Program-made: the position numbers and the translations under genes | Source: Opitutales bacterium | GTDB taxonomy: Bacteria > Verrucomicrobiota > Verrucomicrobiia > Opitutales > JABSRG01 | Direction: 5' to 3' | Length of the DNA: 64,000 nucleotides | Assembly (NCBI GenBank): GCA_049599475.1 | Contig: JBMYOQ010000007.1 | Location: forward strand, 1 to 64,000 | Shown: positions 42,052 to 50,286 of the stretch, one piece after another | Layout of the letters: the number at the start of each line of letters is the position of its first letter | Numbering within the stretch: position 1 is the stretch's first letter | The notes under the pieces: model-generated | Database searches by the model: none | What the model saw: only the letters and a program-made list of their open reading frames with translations | What the model was told of the DNA's origin: nothing

Positions 42052-42273
42052 TGTCGAAAGTGATTCAGGACCTCATCGAAAAGGCAATAGTGCACCTGCT
42101 AAAAATACGGTTTCGACGTAAAAGTGGTATTGATCGGCAGAGTGAATTGGGTCGAAGTGGCGGGTATAAGCTAGGATCTCGCGTTGACAGATCCTCATCC
42201 GCGTCGATGCTAGAGCGTTAGTTCCTCGAAGCCTCTCGGACCCCATTGAAGGCTAGAGCCTAAGCAGAGCACG

Positions 42274-42289
42274 TGGCATGCAGCTCGCT
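42274..42289 (+). promoter_or_regulatory. Candidate sigma54 (-24/-12) promoter
   Basis: TGGCATGCAGCTCGCT: GG-N10-GC with TGGCA, ending 35 bp upstream of ATG 42325. Confidence 0.55.
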
Positions 42290-42324
42290 AATGGGAACCC
42301 ATCGGCGCCCCGATCAATTGCATC

Positions 42325-44276
42325 ATGGACTTTCAGAGCCAATTTCAAACGGAATTCAAAAACTTAGCACTCAGAGGCAGTAGCCTCGCAGAAGATCTAG
42401 AAGCAGGCCAGGCAGCAACTCCTTTTGGTGATGCATTCCGTCAGCTGAACGATGCCTCGGGCGGTCGGGTCGTAAAAGCTGTGGTTCTTGGCATGGATGC
42501 AGATGCGACAAACGCGGCGCTTTCATGCTTACTGGGTCAAGACTACAATCTGTGCAAAGTGTGCATGCCTTCGCGACTAGGATACAGCGAGATTTCCCTG
42601 CAAGAACGCGGTTTCTTGCTGGAGGATGGCGATCAAAAATTGGAGTTTGATGATGTAGAAGCATTCGCAAGTGCGATTCAGGAGTCCAATGGTCCCTCGG
42701 CTCAGGAGAGAGTCAATTGGATGGACCCTGTGCGTCTCAAAATGAAGGCGCCCGCTCATCTCAGCGGCCTTTGTCTTCTCGTCCCGGATAGTCTGGAGAG
42801 TATCGCGGAGAAGCCCGCATTGCTATCAACCTTAGCAGATCAGACGGACTGGGCCTTCATCGCGGGCTACCCTGATCGCGATTTTTCGGCAGACCAAGTG
42901 ACTCATGTTCAGTTGATTCTGGATCAAGTCGTAGGATTTCAAGGACTGTTGATTCCATCCATGGAAAGGGAATCCGGTGACTCAGTCGCATGGTGGAAGC
43001 GGTTTCGAGCAGGTTTATCCCTCGGGGCTGTGAATACCGAGTCTGATCTACTACCTCGGCGATTAGCGATGCTGACCCATCGTCAGAGTGAGCTACGCCA
43101 ATATATCTTGGAGTCACGGGGTGCAGGAGATTTCAAAACGCATCTGAGACTGCTTAAAGACACTCTCGACCAGCAAGAAAAACAGCTGGCGGGCAAGCGT
43201 CGTATTATCGAAGGAAATGCTGAGGACGGCGTACAAGAGCGAGGTAGCACGCGTAAACAGGGGGACCCCCTACGCAATCGCTTGAAGGAGGATTCCGAGA
43301 GTATCAAATCGGCTGTGGAACGGGATACGAAACGCGATTTATCCCCTGAAGGTGCTCTTCATCAGCCCCTCAAGCAAGCGGCAGATGCATTCTCCGAGGC
43401 GGATATCGAGCAGACCATAAGCGGCTCGAAGATTAAACTGGGAGTGAATGCTGAGACGCGCACTTCCTACGGCACTCTGCTCGCGCAACTAGCCACAAAG
43501 CAAATCGAGGAAGATCAGCAGCTCTTCCAGGAAGGCCTGACAAGCACTCGAGAGTCTGTGGAGACAGAGCTCGAAGCTATTACAGGATTTCGCACTCAAT
43601 TGAATCTAGAGCCCTTGGACATGCGTGAGCTCCGGGATTCGGTTGAGGCTCTGGCATCTCCGGAGATTCAATATCGCGGAGAGATGGATAGACCCACTTT
43701 GATGAAGCGTTTCCAATCTGCCCGAAGTGGTATTATGGGCTTGATGATGGTTGGTATGATTGGGACTGGCTTTGCGGCCCTAAGTGGAGACTCGGAAGCG
43801 GGTGGCGGTGATTTTCGTACAATGCTCTACGTGGCATGATTCCGTTCTTGGTGATAGGTTTTTTCTGGACCTACATTAGCTTCCGTAAAAAGGAGCAGGA
43901 GACCCTTCTGAAAGAAGTAGAAAAGCTACAAACGGGCGTACTTTCTGAATTGCGTCGATTGATGGCCGACATTTTGCGCCAGGCCCAGGGCCAAATTGTG
44001 CAGCACTACAGCAAACAGATTAAAGAAATGCAGAATCAGGTGAGCGCCTCGCTGGAGAGCTTCGAAGAACAGCGCCTCAAAGAGAGCACTGTGAAAAAGA
44101 AGAAGGCTCAGGAGCAAAAGCAGTCGGTCGAGAAGCGCTCGCGTCAACTCAAAGACTTTAAACGCGAGCTTGAGCGGTTGGCCCGTGAATCTGATGGGCT
44201 GGATACGCTTCAACTCAAATGGCTCCAGGACTGGATAGGGCGATTTAATCAGGGAAAACTCCCTCCACTTCAATAG
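42325..44276 (+). pseudogene. Degenerate dynamin-like membrane protein, split by an apparent 1-nt deletion near 43833 (ORFs 42325..43839 and 43836..44276)
   Basis: KAVVLGMDADATNAALSCLLG (G1-like), PAHLSGLCLLVPDSL (G3-like), helical stalk, TM hairpin, C-terminal coiled coil; adding one G at GTGGCATGATT restores MLYVGMIPFLVIGFFWTY. Could instead be two coupled genes or a sequencing error. Confidence 0.5.
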
Positions 44277-44347
44277 GTCCGAGCTGAGCCTGGGCCTACG
44301 CTCGGCGTCCTCAAATTTAAACAACTTACTTCAACCTTATCTAAATC

Positions 44348-46165
44348 ATGGCAAAGCAAAACGAGACAGATTCGACCACGGAACAGGCGAAACAAGCTGC
44401 CTCTGCGGCGAGCGAACAGGCCCAAGCATCCGCCCAAGATGCTAACCTGGCCGCACAGGAAGCTGCTGGATTTAGTGACTTAGCTTCCCAGAGTGCTTCT
44501 ACCGCGGATAGCCTAATGCGGCAAGCCGGCGAAGCGGCATCGTCGGCCGAGACGCAGGCTTTCGAGAGTCGGCAATCCGCCGAGACTGCTCAGCAGGCTT
44601 CTGCAGATGCGATGGACGATGCTGCTGCGAGTGCTTCTAGCGCCCAGGATGCTGCCTTCAAAGCAGGTGCTGCCGAAACTTCAGCGGCGCAGTCCAGTGA
44701 CAGTGCCGACCTCGCAGCTAGCCGAGCTACAGATGCAGGGCAGAGTGCAGATGATTCACAGGCAGCTGCGACGGATGCCACACGATCTGCCCGCGATGCT
44801 GGCGATGCCGCTACAGATGCTCAATCCGAGGCGGAAACTGCCTCGGACTCCGCGACTAGCGCGGAAAACAGCGCAGACTTCGCCGCTCGACAAGCCTCCG
44901 ACGCTTACCGCGCCGCTGAATTCGCCGAAGATCAAGCCAGAGACTCTGCGGCCTATGCCAACTATGCGAGGGAGCAAGCCTACGATGCCGCCGAGTATGC
45001 AGACATTGCTGAACAGCAAGCCGCGGATGCTAAGGACTCTGCTGAGGAGGCATTTGATCAGGCCGAGGCGGCTACTGATTCTGCAGATGAGGCCGCTGAC
45101 CAAGCCACGATCGCTACAGATCAGGCAAAAGCAGCGACAACCCAAGCAGGAATCGCAGAGGAGCAAGCGAAGGCTGCTACCGACTCTGCAGAAGTCGCTG
45201 CAGATCAGGCGGACAAGGCTACAGAATCGGCCAAGGATGCTCATGAGCAGGCTGAATTAGCAGCGGATTCAGCGAGCGAAGCTGCAGACTCTGCAACGAT
45301 CGCATCGGACTACGCGGAAGCCGCCATGTCGTCCAGTGCTGAAGCTGCCGCATTTGCAAAAGATTCTGAAGACGCCAGTGTAGCCAGCCAAGCATCGGCT
45401 GCTGAGTCTGCTGAAGCGGCTAAACTTGCCAAGGAAGAGCTTGCCGATGCAGTAGAAGCGAGTGAGCTGACCGATGAAGAATTAAAGGAAGCCACTGAAG
45501 CGTCGGATCGCGCTCAGGAGGAAATGCGCGAGGCCTCTGATGCTTCCGATGATGCCCAAGCAGAGGCCAAAGAGGCTGCAGAAGCCTCCGATGATGCTCG
45601 CGTGGAAGCTCAAGATGCTGCGGATGCCGCAACGCGTGCTGAATCTGAAGCCAATCAAGCCTCTGCAAGTGCGACTGCGGCAGATGGCTCAGAGGCTTCT
45701 GCCGCCAGCTCTGCCTCTCAGGCCGCGAGTTCAGCCGCGCAGGCTCGGGCCCAGTCAGCCGAGGCGGATAGCGCAGCCAAGATGGCGGAAAGCTATGAGA
45801 AAATGGCCAGCAGTGCATCGAGTACTGCAGAGGACTTTTCCGATGATGCACGCGGATTTGCTGATGTAGCACGACAAGAATACCAGAAAGCCGCGGGTCA
45901 CGCCAGCGACGCCTATGATGAGCTGAAGGATTTGCGCGACCTCAAGCTCGAGGCCGAAGACATTATCGATTTCCTCAAATCTGCGAAGGCCTCTGCTGAG
46001 ACTATGATCAACGAAATCGGCGATTTCCATACACGCGCTGAGGAGGCTGCTCTGAAAGCGGAAGCTGCTGCCGAGCGCGCAGAGCAAGCCGCGAGCACCG
46101 CTGGCGAACATGCCAATGCAGCCGACCGTTGGGCAGACATCGCCAAAGATCAAGCCATGGGCTAG
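44348..46165 (+). CDS. Acidic Ala-rich heptad-repeat (alanine-zipper) coiled-coil protein
   Basis: 605 aa; unbroken AxxAxxx register from about residue 22 to the end; no Pro or Cys; no signal peptide or TM. Confidence 0.8.
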   Translation: MAKQNETDSTTEQAKQAASAASEQAQASAQDANLAAQEAAGFSDLASQSASTADSLMRQAGEAASSAETQAFESRQSAETAQQASADAMDDAAASASSAQDAAFKAGAAETSAAQSSDSADLAASRATDAGQSADDSQAAATDATRSARDAGDAATDAQSEAETASDSATSAENSADFAARQASDAYRAAEFAEDQARDSAAYANYAREQAYDAAEYADIAEQQAADAKDSAEEAFDQAEAATDSADEAADQATIATDQAKAATTQAGIAEEQAKAATDSAEVAADQADKATESAKDAHEQAELAADSASEAADSATIASDYAEAAMSSSAEAAAFAKDSEDASVASQASAAESAEAAKLAKEELADAVEASELTDEELKEATEASDRAQEEMREASDASDDAQAEAKEAAEASDDARVEAQDAADAATRAESEANQASASATAADGSEASAASSASQAASSAAQARAQSAEADSAAKMAESYEKMASSASSTAEDFSDDARGFADVARQEYQKAAGHASDAYDELKDLRDLKLEAEDIIDFLKSAKASAETMINEIGDFHTRAEEAALKAEAAAERAEQAASTAGEHANAADRWADIAKDQAMG

Positions 46166-46192
46166 GCCAGGTAGACTGACACACTCTCACAC

Positions 46193-46501
46193 ATGACACC
46201 CGAAGAAGCATATAGAATTTTAGGCCTCGATCCCTCTGCTACGGAAGCTGAGCGGACCTCGAAAATGAAGGAGCAGCGCGAAGCTCTGGAAGCGAAACTC
46301 GCGCGCGCCCCCACGGCAGGTCTCAAGGAAAAATACCGCAAACATCTTCAGCAATTAGAAACGGCTGCAGAGGTCTTGGAGTCGAGCGAAGATGGATCGT
46401 CTTTACCGACCTTGGCCCCGGAGGCGCCAATTGAGCCACCGAAAGAGGTGGTGCGCAAAGCGCTTGCTCTTGGAAGCGCGTGCTCAAGCGCAGCGAGATA
46501 A
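46193..46501 (+). CDS. J-domain-like protein lacking HPD (probably the N-terminal part of a disrupted fusion with the ankyrin ORF)
   Basis: MTPEEAYRILGLDPSATEAE...LQQLETAAEVL, then a Pro-rich linker. Confidence 0.55.
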   Translation: MTPEEAYRILGLDPSATEAERTSKMKEQREALEAKLARAPTAGLKEKYRKHLQQLETAAEVLESSEDGSSLPTLAPEAPIEPPKEVVRKALALGSACSSAAR

Positions 46502-48059
46502 GCCCAATGTTGAGCGCTGGAAGGCGGAGGTCGCCAAGGAGAATTCTGGAGCTCTTTACGGAGCAGCGGATAAGGGAAATCTCAATGAAGTTCGCGGATT
46601 ACTTCTTGTAGGGGCGAATCCGGATGGAGGTAAATATTCAAAACCTCTTTCGGTGGCCCTACGTAGAGGGCACAATGATATCGCTACATTGCTGCTCAAG
46701 CGTGGGGCTAATCCGACGGATACGTATCCGTGGAGCAGTTTGAGCTCGGGGCGTCCATCTATCGATATGGTGAACGCGCTGCTCGACTCGGGGGCAAATC
46801 CGAATGAGGGCAACGTATTGAATGTGTATCGGACCATTCAAAAGCGAAATGCTTCTGAAGCGCTTAAGGTATTTGATGCGATGCGTGAGGTCGGAGGCAA
46901 TGGCTTCGATGAGGCTTGGTTTGGAAAGCTTATGGTCTTGGCGATGAACACCCGTGATAGAAAACTCATCGATTGGTTGGATGGGGTAGGTGTTACTTTA
47001 AAAGATCCTATGCGTGATTTTTGGGCGCATGAAACAGATGGAGTGTCTACCTTGGCATGGGCTGCTCAGGGGGGCGAATTGGAGTTTTTCAACTATGTGA
47101 AAGAAGCCACCGGAGGCACGCTGATGGAAGGCGAGCGCGCGGGGCAGGAGATCCGTTATGCCATGGCCGGAGGGAATTGGAACATCTACCAATATTTCCT
47201 GGAGCTTGGGCAAGATCCTATGAAATGGGATGACCAATACGTGAAAGATTTTTTCAACAGCGAAACGGGCGGTGGGCTCTGGGAGCTGTATATGGAGAGG
47301 AGCCATGTCGGAGAGCTGGCCGGACCGGTAGGCTTGGCAGTGCTCGGGGGCAATTTGGATATCCTGAAAGATATCCTGGAGCGCGGTGGGGATATTAATG
47401 AATTTTCTTCGTTAGCGTGGCAGGGGCCCGCGGGAAGCATGAATCTTTACCGTCCTTTAGCGGGAGCCTTGGGCGCTATTTGGGGGCCATCCACGGGAGG
47501 CCGGCGCGGGAAACTTTACCATAGGGAAATTGCGGTCTATTTGCTCGATCAAGGGGCCACACCGTTTGTCGATACCGTTACCGGACGCGGAAATCCCTAT
47601 CGCATGGTAACTGAATTTCTGGGAGCAGTTCGCCTGAAGGATCGAGAGCTCGTTAAGCGATTTTTAGATCTTGGTGCCGATCCCCTGTGGGTAGGAGAGC
47701 ATATAGATGAGTCCTCGCATACACCTTATCGGAACGCTGAGCGCTTGGAGCTAAACTGGGCAGTGGACATGATGCGCCCCAAGGTAGAAACTCCCGAATA
47801 CCTCAAGATCGTAGACAATTTTCGAAAAATCGAAGCCGCGCGCGTGGCTTATTTCAAGAAACATCCTAAAAAATGGCAGGGTATCAATTTTGAGGATCTG
47901 TCGAAGGAACCCGAAGGTGCCGAACTAGCAAAAATGGAATCAGTCTTGGGAGAGAATTACGCCAAACGCTTTTCTTATTTGGGCAAGAGCGAACCTTGGG
48001 GGTACGACATTTACGATAAGACTGGCCGGTTTTATTCCATTCCCTTGAGCGAGCTCTGA
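46392..48059 (+). CDS. Ankyrin repeat protein
   Basis: ALYGAADKGNLNEVRGLLLVGANPD, PLSVALRRGHNDIATLLLKRGANP, LAVLGGNLDILKDILERGGDIN; start uncertain. Confidence 0.8.
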   Translation: MDRLYRPWPRRRQLSHRKRWCAKRLLLEARAQAQRDKPNVERWKAEVAKENSGALYGAADKGNLNEVRGLLLVGANPDGGKYSKPLSVALRRGHNDIATLLLKRGANPTDTYPWSSLSSGRPSIDMVNALLDSGANPNEGNVLNVYRTIQKRNASEALKVFDAMREVGGNGFDEAWFGKLMVLAMNTRDRKLIDWLDGVGVTLKDPMRDFWAHETDGVSTLAWAAQGGELEFFNYVKEATGGTLMEGERAGQEIRYAMAGGNWNIYQYFLELGQDPMKWDDQYVKDFFNSETGGGLWELYMERSHVGELAGPVGLAVLGGNLDILKDILERGGDINEFSSLAWQGPAGSMNLYRPLAGALGAIWGPSTGGRRGKLYHREIAVYLLDQGATPFVDTVTGRGNPYRMVTEFLGAVRLKDRELVKRFLDLGADPLWVGEHIDESSHTPYRNAERLELNWAVDMMRPKVETPEYLKIVDNFRKIEAARVAYFKKHPKKWQGINFEDLSKEPEGAELAKMESVLGENYAKRFSYLGKSEPWGYDIYDKTGRFYSIPLSEL

Positions 48060-48076
48060 TCGAAAGAAAGTGAGTT

Positions 48077-48178
48077 CTTTACGGTTTCTCAAAAAGGGTT
48101 CTCGTTTGTTCTGGTAAATCCACTCTTTCGAAAGGGAGGAGTGGCAGGCCGAAAATAGTTTTTGAGCAAGGGGCTAAA
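48077..48178. mobile_element. MITE-like element (copy 3)
   Basis: TTTCTCAAAAA...TTTTTGAGCAA ends; interior GGTAAATCCACTCTTTCGAA resembles the reverse complement of copy 2. Confidence 0.55.
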
Positions 48179-48225
48179 GAGGGTAGGCCTTCGTCGCCTG
48201 TACCCAAGCCTTTGTATTTAGTTTT

Positions 48226-49737
48226 TCAGTACTTTAATTTCAGCGCCTGAAGCTGGCTATATGCATCTGAAAGGTCGGCTGAGCCGTTCTGAGAGAACTG
48301 ACGCTCGACAGAAGCGCCGGTCTTTCCGTCTCGGGCGTGAACGGTGACCCTTCCGGTATCGTCGTACCCCATTTTTATCTCTACCGGGTAGTTTATCTCT
48401 GGGGAGCGTATTGGGCCGAAGCTAAATTTCCCAAGTGACTCAGGAGATGAGAAAGGGTCCTTTCGCTGAAGGATTTCTAACGAAAGTGTATCTTGCGTGC
48501 CATCTTGAGTGTAGACCGTGGTAGAACAATCCGTAGGCACCGGAACGTTCTTTTCGATCATTGGGTGGAAAATCGGTTTATTCTGTTTCCGATCGAAAAT
48601 GCGAATTCCCAGCTCATTCGAAGTCACCATCTGCTTGAGGGGAGGGGCGGCGGTCTTCTTTTGTCCGTGTAATTGCTCGGCGAGAAGTGCTGCGCCGTAG
48701 GCCACGGAAGCGTGGGGCTGAACACGCTTTATCCGGTCAGCAGACAATCCCGACATTGTGCGTGCAGCACGTTCCACACAGGGGACGAGGCTGGAGCCCC
48801 CGGTCAGAACAAGTTCGTCGATATCACTCCAGGTGAGTTGCTGGTGCTCCAGGGCGCGCTCGCAGACTTCTTGGCAGGCCTCCAACCAAGGTTCCGCAGC
48901 GGCTTCGAATTGTTTTCGGGTAAATGTAACCTTGAGCGAGCGGCCTCCTAGGATAAGTGCCTGGCTTATGATTTCCGTGCTGGGGTCGGATAATTGTATC
49001 TTGGCATCCGTGGCAAACATTCGCAGGCGTTGCATCGCTTCTGTGTCCGAGCGAATGTCGCTACGAAATTGTCCCTGATACTGCTCTGCGACGATATCAA
49101 TGATGACTTCGTCAAAATTTTTCCCGCCAATGTTATCCGACCCCTCGGTGGCAATTGCGTAAAGGCCATCCGGGGTTGCCGAAAGAATCGTGGCATCGAA
49201 TGTCCCGCCGCCGATGTCGAAAACGAAGATCAAACGCTCGTCGTTTGAGGAATTTAAGCCGAAATAGGTAGCGGCGGCCAGGGGCTCTTCGACGAGACCT
49301 AAGACGGGAATGTCGGCGAGCCGTCCGGCGTTCACAGTGGCCAGGCGCTGTGCTTCATTGAAATGAGCCGGGACAGTAATCACTGCTCCGGTCATGGACT
49401 CATTGCATGCCGCCTCGGCGTCTTCCTTCAGTTTTTTGAGGATCAAGGCAGATATTGCCTCAGGCGTATATGTGCGTCCCGAAGAGTCGGTAAAGGCAGG
49501 AGGGCCGTCTTCCCCCATGCTCAGTTTTGCAAATCTGCATATAGGGAGCAATGAATCCTCCTCGAGAATATTCTCAACGAGATCTCCAACGACGCATGTT
49601 CCGTCTGCTATGTGAACGACGGATGGGGTCTGGAAGCGTTTAGCGTCCTCTTTGCTGGGGCACAAAGTAGGCGTGCCGGAAGCATTAATGTAGCTGACGA
49701 GCGAAAAGGTGGTTCCGAGATCAATTCCTACAAGCAT
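48226..49737 (-). CDS. Hsp70-family protein (short, not canonical DnaK)
   Basis: GIDLGTTFS, AVITVPAHF, EEPLAAA, VFDIGGGTFD, LVLTGGSSLVP; 503 aa, lacking the helical lid. Confidence 0.9.
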   Translation of the reverse strand: MLVGIDLGTTFSLVSYINASGTPTLCPSKEDAKRFQTPSVVHIADGTCVVGDLVENILEEDSLLPICRFAKLSMGEDGPPAFTDSSGRTYTPEAISALILKKLKEDAEAACNESMTGAVITVPAHFNEAQRLATVNAGRLADIPVLGLVEEPLAAATYFGLNSSNDERLIFVFDIGGGTFDATILSATPDGLYAIATEGSDNIGGKNFDEVIIDIVAEQYQGQFRSDIRSDTEAMQRLRMFATDAKIQLSDPSTEIISQALILGGRSLKVTFTRKQFEAAAEPWLEACQEVCERALEHQQLTWSDIDELVLTGGSSLVPCVERAARTMSGLSADRIKRVQPHASVAYGAALLAEQLHGQKKTAAPPLKQMVTSNELGIRIFDRKQNKPIFHPMIEKNVPVPTDCSTTVYTQDGTQDTLSLEILQRKDPFSSPESLGKFSFGPIRSPEINYPVEIKMGYDDTGRVTVHARDGKTGASVERQFSQNGSADLSDAYSQLQALKLKY

Positions 49738-49775
49738 GTAGCGCGTTTAGGAAATCTGTGTTGGTTTCCGAGACC

Positions 49776-50120
49776 TCAAAAGGGCACGTCGTCTTCTGCT
49801 GAGTAATCCGTGGTGTCTTCTGGAATGGGAGGCTCGTCACCGCCTGATTGCGCCGCTGCGCCTTTCTCGAGTTTCCAGGCATTGAGATTTACATAGTAGC
49901 GACCGTTGTATTCGCGCCCCGCGATATCGAAATGGACGGTCACCTCTTCGCCCTCCTTTACATCGTCGAGCATGGATGTCTTGTCCTTCAAAGCTCCGAA
50001 GCACAGATCCTGCGGATACTTGTCGGGCACAGTTACCACGAATTCACGCTTCGTGAATCCGCTGTTGAAAGTCTGCATATCAAAAATCTTCTTTACGGTA
50101 CCAGAGGTGGAATAAGCCAT
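49776..50120 (-). CDS. DUF3127 family OB-fold protein
   Basis: SGFTKREFVV, KYPQD, GREYNGRYYVNLNAWKL, SSB-like acidic tail DDVPF. Confidence 0.85.
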   Translation of the reverse strand: MAYSTSGTVKKIFDMQTFNSGFTKREFVVTVPDKYPQDLCFGALKDKTSMLDDVKEGEEVTVHFDIAGREYNGRYYVNLNAWKLEKGAAAQSGGDEPPIPEDTTDYSAEDDVPF

Positions 50121-50286
50121 TGGTCTAGCCAAGCAGCTTCACGAAAACTGCCAAGCGCGGAATCGTGAAAAATGAGTTTGCAGGGAATGGGCTAGCCGAA
50201 GTGAGGCTAGGCTCCAGGTGTTCAGAAAAATCATTTTCGATCCAATTGATCGGCTAGAGCCGCATAAAACACCGATACGACACTTA

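Noticed and set aside
43837..43839. TGA as selenocysteine or readthrough codon
   Set aside because: The same frame hits another TGA five codons later; the continuation is in a different frame
44348..46165. Phage side-tail-fibre or tape-measure gene
   Set aside because: Similar Ala/Ser composition, but no fibre head or baseplate domains and no phage genes nearby
44590..46211. Alternative-frame and antisense ORFs over the Ala-rich gene
   Set aside because: Expected by-products of GCN-rich repetitive coding
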